From Nitrospirota bacterium (GTDB lineage: Bacteria; Nitrospirota; Thermodesulfovibrionia; Thermodesulfovibrionales; Dissulfurispiraceae): 64,000 bases of DNA. Below, piece after piece: positions 9,419 to 19,269 of this stretch. A program made the position numbers and the translations under genes. Each line of letters starts with the position of its first letter. The stretch's first letter is position 1. The stretch spans positions 960,001-1,024,000 of the forward strand of contig CAWBMP010000004.1 in the NCBI GenBank assembly GCA_963790025.1, in the 5' to 3' direction. The notes beneath the pieces are model-generated. The model was not told the DNA's origin and searched no databases. It saw only the letters and a program-made list of their open reading frames with translations.

Positions 9419-10342
9419 GTGAAAAGAATCAGCAATTTTACCAGTGCTATTATCGTTTTAGCTTTAATCGCTTCAGTATCAGCCGGCGAAGTGTATGCAG
9501 AAGATCAAAAGCCTGCAACCGAGGTGCCGGCGGCAACTGCTCCGGCTGCAGCGCCTGCGGCAGCGGCGGCCCCTGCTCCACCGGCGGTCACCGGCAGCGC
9601 TTCACTCGCTGTTCTTAACCACTATATGTTCCGCGGCTATGAACTCAACAACGGCAGCGTCGTCATCCAGCCGACCGCTACTATCAATTACTCGGGCTTC
9701 TCGGCAACGTTCTGGAGCAACATCGATTCAAGAGAGAAAGCAACACAGTCTTTTACACCTGACAGACCGGGCAAGACAAGCTACAATGAAACCGATTTGA
9801 CCCTGAACTATACATACAATATCGACAAGCTTGCCCTTACCGGCGGCTATACCTATTATGGGATCAAGTATAACAACAATGCGGAGACACAGGAACTCTA
9901 CCTGAGCGCTGCGTATGACATGATTGCCCACCCGACTCTGGCGGTCTACAGGGACATCGACAATTTCCCCGGCACCTATTTAAACCTCTCTTTCTCGCAA
10001 TCGCTCCCTGTGTTTAAGATGGCCAGTGGCGACGCCACAGTCGATCTGGGTGCGGGGTTCGGATACGAGGCAGGGGACAGCAATGTCTGGAAGACATATG
10101 TTGCCAACAGAGGCTATGTCGGCAGCAACTACAGCGCGTTTCATGACGGCCATGTGCAGGTCGGCTTTACAGCACCTTTGACATCCAAGTTCTCTGTACA
10201 GCCCATTGTACAATACTGGTTCCCGCTTTCGGGTGACGCAAGCAAGACGATAACGGACAGGACCGGAGTTCACGACTTTAACCCTGATGGCCATCTTGCC
10301 GATAAATTTGTCTATGGCCTTAACCTGAATTTTAACTTTTAA
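9419..10342 (+). CDS. Putative outer-membrane beta-barrel protein
   Basis: Signal peptide, Pro/Ala linker, YMFRG motif, alternating beta-strand pattern, C-terminal Phe. Confidence 0.7.
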   Translation: MKRISNFTSAIIVLALIASVSAGEVYAEDQKPATEVPAATAPAAAPAAAAAPAPPAVTGSASLAVLNHYMFRGYELNNGSVVIQPTATINYSGFSATFWSNIDSREKATQSFTPDRPGKTSYNETDLTLNYTYNIDKLALTGGYTYYGIKYNNNAETQELYLSAAYDMIAHPTLAVYRDIDNFPGTYLNLSFSQSLPVFKMASGDATVDLGAGFGYEAGDSNVWKTYVANRGYVGSNYSAFHDGHVQVGFTAPLTSKFSVQPIVQYWFPLSGDASKTITDRTGVHDFNPDGHLADKFVYGLNLNFNF

Positions 10343-10365
10343 ATAGCAAGAAAAGGAGTATCACT

Positions 10366-12276
10366 ATGGCAAACGAACAAAAAACAGCTCCTCCCGCCAC
10401 AAGGGGAACATTAGGCCTCACAGGCCTTACAATGAACGCAATGGCCCTGATTGCTCCCGGAGCGTTCCTGTGGTTGACTTTTCAGATGCAAGCTCTTTAC
10501 GGCGCCCCGATGGCCGGCATTTCCATGTGGGCCGGCATTCTCTTCGCACTGCTGCTTTGCTTCGCTACTGCAATCAGCTACTCGGAATTGGCGAAGCTGT
10601 TTCCTGGTCCCGGTTCTTCGTACCTGTATGCGGAGCAGGCATACCTCTCGAAAACACATGCATACAAGTTCGCCCGTGTAGCGAAGTTCATCACAGGATG
10701 GGCTAGCCACCTTTATTACTGGGTATATCCGGGAGTCATGGTCGGAGTCACAGCGATCCTGGGCGGATGGCTGGCGAACCAGTTCTGGCCGGACACCTTC
10801 AGCGGCACCTATAACAGCCCCCTGTTCATGTGGATTTTCTGCATCGTGTTTGCTCTCGGAGTTGCATACATTGCTTATCGGGGCGTGACAGGCACGACTG
10901 CAGTCAATGTGGTGATTAATATAATCCAGATTTCTGCGCTCCTCGTTTTCTCGGTTATCGCCATAGGCTACCGCGTCCAGCATCCGCAAGGTTCGACCGG
11001 GTACCATCTGTCCAGCGGAATTGCCGTAAACTATCAGGTAGCCCAGGTGGTACAGAAGGACGATAAGGGCAATCCGGTTCCTATGCTCGATCCAGCCGGC
11101 AAGCCGACCGTAGACAAGGACGGCAACCCCGTATTTAACATGGTGGACGCGGCCGATGAGAAGACAGGTACGCCTGTGATGGCCGACAAGGACGGCAAGC
11201 CTGTAACCGATCCCAAGCTGGCCGCTCCGTTCACCATCGACTATACGGATGGAGCTATGACCAAGGACGATAAAGGCAACCCGGTGTTCAACTACCACAA
11301 AGACGCCACATCCGTTATCGCCCCGCATGGGTTCAACTTTGTCTTTATTCAGGCGGCCATTGCGATTTTGATCCTGGTAGGCTTCGAGTCAGTGACTGCT
11401 ATGGGCGAGGAGGCAAAACGTCCGAAGAAAGACATTCCCCGGGCAGTGCTCCTTTCGCTGGCGATCCAAGGCGCATTCTGTTATCTGATCGAGTATTTCG
11501 GCGCCAACTACCTACTGCACAACGGCTACACCCTGGCCAATGCAGGCGCTTCCGGCGCACCAATCGGCGATATGATGGTCATCGTCGGCACCTGGCTGTT
11601 CGGCAGTTACACGGCAGGCAAGGCGTTCATGCTGGTCCAGGCATTCACGGTGTTCCTGGCCCTGATTGGCACAACGTTGTCCTGTCTCAGTACCGGCGCA
11701 CGTGTCACCTATGCAATGGGCCGCGATGAGGAAGTGCCGTCGCATTTCGGGCTTTTGCACGGCAAACATATGTCGCCCCACAAGGCGATATGGACACTGG
11801 CCTATCTTTCCATTATCATCGGCATCATAACTGTAACGCTGTACATGGGCGGCCAGGCGACTGATCCCGCGGCCTTGGACAAGCACAACTTCTGGTACAG
11901 CATAGGGATCTTTTCACCTCATACATACGTTACGATGCCCAATACGCTGCTTATCGTGACACTGGTCAGCAATTTCGGGACATTCCTGCTTTACATGATC
12001 ACGTGCTGGATAGCGATGGTGGCCTTCAAAGAGCACCACAGCTTCAGCGGGATCAAGCACGTAGTCATACCCGTTCTCGGATTGCTGGCAAACCTTGCGA
12101 TTATGATCTTCTACCTGGTCGGACCGTTTACTGTCGCAGGCATGAGCTGGAAGGAACCGTATATAGCGCTGGGTTTCTGCGCGGTCTGGGGAATATACGG
12201 AGCTATCTATTTCGCGAAAAGCAGCAAGGCCAAAGGCAAGGAAGTGCTTCTCACCAGCAAACCTGCGGCCTCGTAA
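10366..12276 (+). CDS. APC-superfamily amino acid/amine permease with large loop insertion
   Basis: About 12 TM segments; SYSELA..FP..GSSY.Y, GFES....GEEAK.PKKDIPRA. Confidence 0.88.
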   Translation: MANEQKTAPPATRGTLGLTGLTMNAMALIAPGAFLWLTFQMQALYGAPMAGISMWAGILFALLLCFATAISYSELAKLFPGPGSSYLYAEQAYLSKTHAYKFARVAKFITGWASHLYYWVYPGVMVGVTAILGGWLANQFWPDTFSGTYNSPLFMWIFCIVFALGVAYIAYRGVTGTTAVNVVINIIQISALLVFSVIAIGYRVQHPQGSTGYHLSSGIAVNYQVAQVVQKDDKGNPVPMLDPAGKPTVDKDGNPVFNMVDAADEKTGTPVMADKDGKPVTDPKLAAPFTIDYTDGAMTKDDKGNPVFNYHKDATSVIAPHGFNFVFIQAAIAILILVGFESVTAMGEEAKRPKKDIPRAVLLSLAIQGAFCYLIEYFGANYLLHNGYTLANAGASGAPIGDMMVIVGTWLFGSYTAGKAFMLVQAFTVFLALIGTTLSCLSTGARVTYAMGRDEEVPSHFGLLHGKHMSPHKAIWTLAYLSIIIGIITVTLYMGGQATDPAALDKHNFWYSIGIFSPHTYVTMPNTLLIVTLVSNFGTFLLYMITCWIAMVAFKEHHSFSGIKHVVIPVLGLLANLAIMIFYLVGPFTVAGMSWKEPYIALGFCAVWGIYGAIYFAKSSKAKGKEVLLTSKPAAS

Positions 12277-12308
12277 TTAATGTCGAACTCTCCCAAAAGG
12301 AGCACGTC

Positions 12309-12343
12309 AGGGCGGTCACCTGTTAGGGTGGCCGTCCTTTTTT
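12309..12343 (+). terminator. Intrinsic terminator
   Basis: AGGGCGGTCACCT-GTT-AGGGTGGCCGTCC followed by T6. Confidence 0.75.
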
Positions 12344-12392
12344 GCACCATACTCTTTCAATATCTTAAAATAAATGGTAAAGTGCTTTAACT

Positions 12393-14192
12393 ATGGAACT
12401 GACCTACTATGAACTATCTTCACCCGGACCTGCCCGCGATAACAACGAGGATTTCGTGGGTTTCTGGCAGCCGGAAACCCTGGAAGAGAAGCGGGACCGC
12501 GGTGCGGTCGCAGTACTGGCCGACGGCGTCGGCGGGTTGCACCGTGGAGAAGTGGCCAGCCGACTGGCCGTGGAGACCGCGCTAAAAACGTTTCACGAGG
12601 CCCCGGAGGGAAAAACTCCGCAGCAATTGCTCACGCAGATGTTCAACGAGGCCAATCTTGCCGTATACGATAAAGGCATGGAAGACCACGGCAAGTCCCG
12701 GATGGCGACAACCCTGGCCATCGTCGTGCTTCGCAACGACGAAATCGTAGTTGGCAATGTGGGAGATTCGCGAGTCTATTTGGTCCATAAGGCCGAGATC
12801 AGGCAATTGTCCACAGACCATACCTACGTCGGCATGCAGCAAAAGTTCGGATTGATCTCGGAGCAGGACGCCAAGACCAGTGAAAACCGTTCCGTCCTGA
12901 CCCGCAGCGTCGGGAACGAGCCGGTGATCCGTCTTGACGTGGAGAGCACTACAGTGTTCAAGGGCGACCACGTCGTGCTTTGTTCCGACGGCTTGTATGC
13001 GCATGTCACAGACAGCGAGATCGCCGACATCGTGTCCAGGCTTTCTCCGGCCCAGGCTTGCCGTCAGCTCATCTCCTTGGCCGAGCAGCGCGGGACCGAC
13101 GACAATCTGTCCGTGCAGGTTCTGCAAATTAACGATGTCGAGAAAATGTCGTATTATCGTGGCGTTCCTCTGTATCAGGAGCCGGCAGAGACTACGATTT
13201 CTTATGAGCTCCAGCCGGGGAAGACCCTTGACAACCGTTTCTTCATCACAGAGACCATCACCCGCAGTGGTATGGCTACCATATTCAAGGCGACAGACCT
13301 CACAACCAAGGAAACAGTGGCTGTGAAGGTGCCTTTCATGGAGTTCGAGAGCGATCCAGGCTTTTATTCACGTTTTCAACGCGAAGAAGAGATAGGGCGC
13401 CTGTTGGACCATCCCTATATCCTGAAATTCATCCCTGTGGAGGAACAGCGCAGCCGTCCATACATCGTTACCGAATATCTTCGTGGCTATACGCTCTCGC
13501 ACCTGCTCAACAGCGTCCGTCCGATGCCCGAGAAAGACGCCGTAAAACTGGCCGGCGACATTTGCGAAGCATTGGCTTATATGCACGAGCACGGTGTAAT
13601 TCACCGGGACCTCAAGCCTCAGAACATCATGATCTGTTACGACGGTACGATCCGGATCATGGACTTCGGCATCGCCAAGGCTGCTGAGGGCAGAAGAATC
13701 ACATTTACCGGTTTCACACCGGCGGTCGGCACCCCCGATTACATGGCCCCCGAGCAGGTCAAGGGAAAGCGCGGGGACGAGCGTACCGACATTTACAGCC
13801 TCGGCGCAATGCTCTACGAAATGGTGGTCGGCATGACGCCGTTCGATAGCGAGAATGAAAACCCGTTCGTGATCATGAACGCCCGAGTCACCGGCGACCC
13901 CGTGGCCCCCCGAAAACGCAATCCAAAAATCATGCCTCAAGTCGAGGAGATCATACTTCACGCCATGGAGCGCGATCCCGGGAAGCGTTATCAAACAGCC
14001 GCCGCAATGAAAGCGGATTTGGACAATCCTGAAGCGGTGCATTTGACCGGACGATGCGACCGGCTTCAGACACCGACTCCCTGGAAGCGCGGATGGAAAA
14101 AAGCATTGTGGATTGCGCTGGGCATATCGGGCGCGCTCGCTATCCTGCTCCTGCTGGTCCTACTGATCATCCACCGCGGCACCGCACACTAA
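12393..14192 (+). CDS. PP2C phosphatase / Hanks Ser-Thr kinase fusion with C-terminal TM anchor
   Basis: NEDF, ADGVGG, GDSR, CSDG, DNLS; then VAVK, HRDLKPQN, DFG, GTPDYMAPE; hydrophobic C-terminus. Confidence 0.92.
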   Translation: MELTYYELSSPGPARDNNEDFVGFWQPETLEEKRDRGAVAVLADGVGGLHRGEVASRLAVETALKTFHEAPEGKTPQQLLTQMFNEANLAVYDKGMEDHGKSRMATTLAIVVLRNDEIVVGNVGDSRVYLVHKAEIRQLSTDHTYVGMQQKFGLISEQDAKTSENRSVLTRSVGNEPVIRLDVESTTVFKGDHVVLCSDGLYAHVTDSEIADIVSRLSPAQACRQLISLAEQRGTDDNLSVQVLQINDVEKMSYYRGVPLYQEPAETTISYELQPGKTLDNRFFITETITRSGMATIFKATDLTTKETVAVKVPFMEFESDPGFYSRFQREEEIGRLLDHPYILKFIPVEEQRSRPYIVTEYLRGYTLSHLLNSVRPMPEKDAVKLAGDICEALAYMHEHGVIHRDLKPQNIMICYDGTIRIMDFGIAKAAEGRRITFTGFTPAVGTPDYMAPEQVKGKRGDERTDIYSLGAMLYEMVVGMTPFDSENENPFVIMNARVTGDPVAPRKRNPKIMPQVEEIILHAMERDPGKRYQTAAAMKADLDNPEAVHLTGRCDRLQTPTPWKRGWKKALWIALGISGALAILLLLVLLIIHRGTAH

Positions 14193-14271
14193 GAACATAC
14201 AATGTGCTGCGTTCAGCTTTATAGCGCCAAGGCCAGTACGCTGGACTCTTTACGCAGAACGCGCTTAACCT

Positions 14272-14362
14272 ACAATGTTGTAGTGTCATACAATTTTGTC
14301 GTAAGACTCCCAGAAAAGTCCATTTAAAAATCAAGCAGTTGCCGGCTGGCATGGTTTTGGCT
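14272..14362 (+). promoter_or_regulatory. sigma54 promoter with IHF site and two ACA-N4-TGT boxes
   Basis: TGGCATGGTTTTGGCT 14347-14362; AATCAAGCAGTTG 14329-14341; boxes 14272-14281 and 14290-14299. Confidence 0.85.
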
Positions 14363-14418
14363 ATTATTCAGCGAAGTGCCCAGTATTCATAAATAGAGGG
14401 AACACTGGAGGATTGCAG

Positions 14419-14742
14419 ATGACTTTTATGGCCTGGTTTATTTTCATTTGTGCGGCAATTCTGGAGGTCGGCGGTGATGCGGTTGTTCGCAGAGGACTGC
14501 GCGGGAACAATCTAATGATAATTATGACTGGATTCGTCGTACTCGGTTCTTATGGCGTAGTTGTAAATATGGTTAAATGGGATTTTTCAAAACTACTCGG
14601 TGTATATGTCGCAGTCTTTGCGCTGATAAGCATTTTATTCGGTAAGTTCGTCTTTCAAGAAAACATACCGAATTCGACGTGGATCGGATTGGCAGTTATT
14701 ATTTGCGGCGGGATGATAATCCAATTTGGGAATAAAATATAA
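14419..14742 (+). CDS. Small 4-TM SMR/YnfA-like membrane protein
   Basis: AAILEVGG in TM1, four hydrophobic helices, SD GGAGGA. Confidence 0.7.
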   Translation: MTFMAWFIFICAAILEVGGDAVVRRGLRGNNLMIIMTGFVVLGSYGVVVNMVKWDFSKLLGVYVAVFALISILFGKFVFQENIPNSTWIGLAVIICGGMIIQFGNKI

Positions 14743-14780
14743 AAACCAGGTGTAGGCATAGACATAGAATGGAGGCTGAA

Positions 14781-16415
14781 ATGAAGAAGGTATTGATGTT
14801 CTTATTATTAATAGTATTGTTGAGCGGGCTCACAATGCCGGTGGTGCGGGCATATGCGGATGAACAGTCGCACCCTGGAGCTGCTGCTCCTCCTGCAGCG
14901 GCACCGTGCCCGGCGACTGAACTTCCTAAGCCTGATCCGTCCGGCGCCAATACAGGCGGAGCCGCCGATGTTGTGGGAGCCTCAGCCAATGCCCCTACTG
15001 CTGAAGAAATGAAAAAACTGGCTACCAATGAGCCGCTTGCTATGAAACTGGCGGATGTCGTAGGCCATAACAGAATCGCAATTAATTTTGTATGGACGTT
15101 GATCTGCGGCTATCTTGTCTTTTTCATGCAGACGGGCTTTGCCATGGTGGAGACCGGTTTTACGAGGGCAAAGAATGCAGCTCATACCATGGCGATGAAC
15201 ATGATGGTGTTTGTTTTCGGGGTGCTCGGTTACTGGATTTGCGGCTATGCTTTTCAGATGGGTGGCGTAGGCCCCGGGCCTCTGAGCGGCGGAACGGCAT
15301 TGTTGACTAATGAATACACCCTGAATCTTTTCGGAAAGGACTTCGGCATCTTCGGCACAACGGGATTTTTCCTTTCAGGCGTGAGCTATGATGCCTCGAT
15401 CGTCACGCTCTTTCTGTTCCAGGTGGTCTTCATGGATACCGCGGCTACAATACCTACCGGAGCTATGGCTGAACGCTGGACGTTTAAATCATTCATGGTT
15501 TTCGGGTTCTTTATCGCTATGTTCACATACCCTATTTATGCAAATTGGGTATGGGGCGGCGGGTGGCTGTCACAACTCGGCAAGAACTTCGGGCTTGGCC
15601 ATGGGGTCCTCGATTTCGCGGGCTCATCAGTAGTGCATATGGTCGGCGGCGTTTCGGCGCTGGCAGGAGCGATAGCCCTTGGCCCCCGCATCGGAAAATT
15701 CAGGCCTGATGGAACTCCCAATGCAATACCGGGACACCACATTCCCATGGCTATAATCGGGTGCTTAATACTTTTCTTCGGTTGGTTCGGATTCAATCCC
15801 GGCTCGACCCTGGCCGGCGGTGATTTGAGGATCGGGATAATAGCTGTAAATACCATGCTCGCATCCTGCGCAGGCTCCTTCTCGGCAATGGCGTACATGT
15901 GGATCTTTTATGGCAAGCCGGACCTTTCCCTGTCAGCTAACGGACTCCTTGCAGGACTTGTTGCCATAACAGCGCCGTGCGCATTCGTAAGTACGGTTGG
16001 AGCAGTGATTATAGGGCTTATTGCAGGCGTGCTTTGCTGCATGAGCATCTTCTTTGTTGAAAGGACACTAAAAGTTGACGACCCTGTGGGCGCAATATCC
16101 GTTCACGGCACATGCGGGGCCTGGGGCCTTATCGGGCTCGGACTTTTCGCTGACGGGACATACGGCGACGGCCTGAACAACGTCGCCGGTACCGTAAAAG
16201 GACTTTTTTATGGCGGCTCTTCACAATTCGTGGCTGAGGTCATTGGTGTTTGCGTTAATTTCATCTTTGTTTTTGTGGTAATGTTCGTATTCTTCAAGGT
16301 GCTTGATAAAATAATTCCCCTGCGGGTATCGCCTGAAATAGAGATCGAAGGACTCGACTTGAACGAAGTCAATGTTACCGCATATCCAAACTTCAACCTT
16401 AAGACCCACAGGTAG
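14781..16415 (+). CDS. amt: Ammonium transporter with signal peptide and N-terminal extension
   Basis: FMQTGFAMVETG, DFAGSSVVH, GWFGFNPGS, DDPVGAISVH. Confidence 0.95.
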   Translation: MKKVLMFLLLIVLLSGLTMPVVRAYADEQSHPGAAAPPAAAPCPATELPKPDPSGANTGGAADVVGASANAPTAEEMKKLATNEPLAMKLADVVGHNRIAINFVWTLICGYLVFFMQTGFAMVETGFTRAKNAAHTMAMNMMVFVFGVLGYWICGYAFQMGGVGPGPLSGGTALLTNEYTLNLFGKDFGIFGTTGFFLSGVSYDASIVTLFLFQVVFMDTAATIPTGAMAERWTFKSFMVFGFFIAMFTYPIYANWVWGGGWLSQLGKNFGLGHGVLDFAGSSVVHMVGGVSALAGAIALGPRIGKFRPDGTPNAIPGHHIPMAIIGCLILFFGWFGFNPGSTLAGGDLRIGIIAVNTMLASCAGSFSAMAYMWIFYGKPDLSLSANGLLAGLVAITAPCAFVSTVGAVIIGLIAGVLCCMSIFFVERTLKVDDPVGAISVHGTCGAWGLIGLGLFADGTYGDGLNNVAGTVKGLFYGGSSQFVAEVIGVCVNFIFVFVVMFVFFKVLDKIIPLRVSPEIEIEGLDLNEVNVTAYPNFNLKTHR

Positions 16416-16427
16416 CGTTGTGCATAA

Positions 16428-16463
16428 GGCGTTCAGCGTACTGGCTTTTTTGACGCTGAACGC
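16428..16463. terminator. Hairpin after amt built from heptamer repeats
   Basis: GGCGTTCAGCGT...ACGCTGAACGCC. Confidence 0.55.
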
Positions 16464-16521
16464 CGTGCGCTTTGCATTTTATCTTCCAAACTCTTTTATC
16501 ACTTTTGGTATAATTAACTGA

Positions 16522-16767
16522 ATGACTCCAAAACTAAAAAACCAGAGAAAATTTTCCCCTATTGCGAGAGCGGCAGTTGAGACGTGTTTTATAATATTTC
16601 TCTTTTATTCCAATCTTCTGATGGGAGAATTTACTAATACAAACGGACATGGAAAGAGCTTGCTCTTTGCTGTTCAGGATATTTTTACAGCTGCTAATTT
16701 TGCAGTTGCCGTTATCACTGCCCTGATTGGTTATGGAGTTTTTGAATATCTTCGAAAGAAACTTTAA
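16522..16767 (+). CDS. Small 2-TM hypothetical protein
   Basis: Two hydrophobic segments; TG-N-TATAAT ends 7 nt before the ATG. Confidence 0.6.
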   Translation: MTPKLKNQRKFSPIARAAVETCFIIFLFYSNLLMGEFTNTNGHGKSLLFAVQDIFTAANFAVAVITALIGYGVFEYLRKKL

Positions 16768-16790
16768 TGACCCGTAGTTTCTTTGAATGA

Positions 16791-17249
16791 TTACAAATTA
16801 CCAATTCTTCTCTCCGATAAAATTTCTCTTTGCCTCACAAAAATATACCTTTCAATATGAGACTCGGTTTCTTTCTCTAAATCTACAAACATTACACTTA
16901 TCTTGTGGTCCTGGGAATTCTCGATCCGCTCGACCCTGAGGACCCTGGCATTTACCGTAACGGGCTCAAAAAGAGGATATGTCCTCCTGAAATGTAAAGT
17001 TATCTCTATATGAGTATTGACATGATAATGCCGCCGGGATAAAAACTGGAGGCCGTTTGCACTGATGTCAACCGTATAGTGCTCGCCAAGCACTCCGGTT
17101 TTTTCCGTCGTTATATCACCTGTGAGATTGTCCTCTTCAGACTCCTTTATTGCCTTGACTTTGATTCGCAGGCGTTCGTGTAGTCTAAAAAACTGACGCT
17201 TGTTACTAACTTTTCCTCCATGTTTGTTATCGTTGGGTTCCGCAACCAT
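16791..17249 (-). CDS. PilZ-domain protein
   Basis: KRQFFR (RxxxR) and DISANG (DxSxxG). Confidence 0.85.
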   Translation of the reverse strand: MVAEPNDNKHGGKVSNKRQFFRLHERLRIKVKAIKESEEDNLTGDITTEKTGVLGEHYTVDISANGLQFLSRRHYHVNTHIEITLHFRRTYPLFEPVTVNARVLRVERIENSQDHKISVMFVDLEKETESHIERYIFVRQREILSERRIGNL

Positions 17250-17404
17250 ATGCGATTACTCTATAATATTTGTCATAAAAAAGTTAAGAAGTTTTTGCAG
17301 CTATGAATTCTTAATGAACCAACTCTTAGTTTACCCAGGCAATATGTAACAATGGTTAAAAAGCAAAATACTCAGTAAATCAAGGATAGCTGAGATAAAT
17401 CCAG

Positions 17405-17509
17405 ACAATTTTGTTAATACAAAATTGTCATAATAACAAAATTGTAGCACCGTAAAATCTAGTCTCTCTAATAAAATCAAATGGTTATATGCCTGGCACA
17501 GTTTTAGCT
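17405..17509 (+). promoter_or_regulatory. sigma54 promoter of glnA copy 1 with IHF site and three boxes
   Basis: TGGCACAGTTTTAGCT 17494-17509; AATCAAATGGTTA 17475-17487; boxes at 17405, 17419, 17436. Confidence 0.85.
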
Positions 17510-17557
17510 CTCATATTTGATACGTGAGTAATGCGATAAAGACAGGCATACGCTTGC

Positions 17558-19025
17558 ACTAAAAATAAAGGAGGGAATATGACACCAAAAGATGTACTGA
17601 AGATGGCGCAGGAAAACAAGGCTGTAATGGCAAACTTCAAGTTTCTTGATTATCCCGGGATATGGCAGCACTTTGGAGCACCAATCTCGGAATTAACGGA
17701 GGATGTATTTGAGAGCGGACTGGGTTTTGACGGCTCCTCGATAAGGGGCTGGCAGGCTATACATACGTCTGATATGCTGATAATTCCGGACCCATCCACG
17801 GCCTTTATCGACCCCTTCATGGAATACCCGACCATAAGCCTCATCTGCAATATCATGGACCCGATCACCAAAGAGTTTTATACAAGAGACCCCCGCTATA
17901 TTGCTCAAAAGGCGGAGGCCTATTTGAAATCTACCGGGATTGGTGATACGGCGTATTTCGGTCCTGAGGCAGAGTTCTTTATTTTTGACGACATCATGTT
18001 CGACCAGAACTCACACAGCGGCTATTATTTCATCGATTCAGTTGAAGGTATCTGGAATTCGGGCCGTGATGAAAAGCCGAACCTCGGCTATAAGCCAAGG
18101 CATAAAGAAGGCTATTTCCCTGTTCCTCCAACCGACAGTCTCGTCAACCTGAGAACAGAGATGGTCATGGAAATGCTGAAATGCGGCATCTATGTGGAAA
18201 AAGAACACCATGAAGTGGCCACTGCGGGGCAGGCCGAGATAGATATGAGATTTGAGTCCCTGCTCAAGATGGCGGACAATCTCATGCTCTTCAAATACAT
18301 AATCAAGAATGTCGCAAAGAGGCATAACAAGACAGTTACATTCATGCCGAAGCCCCTTTTCGGCGACAACGGTTCGGGGATGCATACACACCAGAGCATA
18401 TGGAAAAACGGAAAGCCTGTTTTTGCAGGCAATGGCTATGCAGGCCTTAGCGAAACAGCACTCTACTACATCGGCGGCATACTGAAGCACGCAAAATCCC
18501 TGGCAGCCATTACCAATCCAACAACCAATTCATACAAAAGATTGACCCCGGGCTTTGAAGCGCCGGTGAACCTTGCCTACTCTGCAAGAAACCGTTCGGC
18601 TGGAGTCAGGATACCAACTTACTCTCCAAGCCCGAAAGCAAAGAGGGCAGAAGTAAGGTTCCCTGACCCCTCATGTAATGGCTATCTTGCCTTTGCAGCC
18701 ATGCTGATGGCAGGACTTGACGGCATCGAAAATAAGATACATCCGGGCGAGCCGCTCGATAAAGATATTTACGAACTCGGCCCCGAAGAGCTTGCATCGG
18801 TGCCGACCATGCCTGGAAGCCTCGAGGAGGCCCTCGGCAACCTTGAAGAAGACCACGATTACCTGAGGAAAGGCGATGTCTTTACCGAAGACGCACTGGA
18901 AACGTGGATAAGCTACAAGAGGTCAAAAGAAGTGGATGCCCTACGACTGAGGCCGCACCCTTATGAGTTTTTCCTGTATTACGATATTTAAGATACTCTT
19001 TACATAATGACAAAAAAAGGGGGAC
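17558..19025 (+). repeat. About 1.47 kb direct repeat, copy 1 (RBS + glnA + start of terminator)
   Basis: Matches 23936-25403 at constant offset 6378; one substitution seen. Confidence 0.95.
17579..18991 (+). CDS. glnA: Glutamine synthetase type I, copy 1
   Basis: [30 protein letters not shown], adenylylation loop DIYEL. Confidence 0.98.
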   Translation: MTPKDVLKMAQENKAVMANFKFLDYPGIWQHFGAPISELTEDVFESGLGFDGSSIRGWQAIHTSDMLIIPDPSTAFIDPFMEYPTISLICNIMDPITKEFYTRDPRYIAQKAEAYLKSTGIGDTAYFGPEAEFFIFDDIMFDQNSHSGYYFIDSVEGIWNSGRDEKPNLGYKPRHKEGYFPVPPTDSLVNLRTEMVMEMLKCGIYVEKEHHEVATAGQAEIDMRFESLLKMADNLMLFKYIIKNVAKRHNKTVTFMPKPLFGDNGSGMHTHQSIWKNGKPVFAGNGYAGLSETALYYIGGILKHAKSLAAITNPTTNSYKRLTPGFEAPVNLAYSARNRSAGVRIPTYSPSPKAKRAEVRFPDPSCNGYLAFAAMLMAGLDGIENKIHPGEPLDKDIYELGPEELASVPTMPGSLEEALGNLEEDHDYLRKGDVFTEDALETWISYKRSKEVDALRLRPHPYEFFLYYDI

Positions 19026-19046
19026 CCTGTAGAGTCCCCTTTTTTT
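19012..19046. terminator. Bidirectional intrinsic terminator
   Basis: A7-GGGGGACCCT-GT-AGAGTCCCC-T7. Confidence 0.85.
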
Positions 19047-19098
19047 ACTTTTGTATTATTCCAGACCGCAATATAGCCGTTTCTTCAAAAACGTACAA

Positions 19099-19202
19099 AC
19101 AATAATGTAGCGACAATTTTGTTATATATACAAAATTGTACCATCGTGAAAAGGCAACATTCTCATAAAATCAATATGTTATACATTGGCATGGTTCTGG
19201 CA
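19099..19202 (+). promoter_or_regulatory. sigma54 promoter of amtB-glnK with IHF site and three boxes
   Basis: TGGCATGGTTCTGGCA 19187-19202; AATCAATATGTTA 19169-19181; boxes at 19099, 19113, 19130. Confidence 0.85.
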
Positions 19203-19269
19203 ACAAAAAAGTAGCTTGGCTGTTGCAGTCCGGGCATTCTCATGCACATTTTATGGTTTGGAGGAAGTA

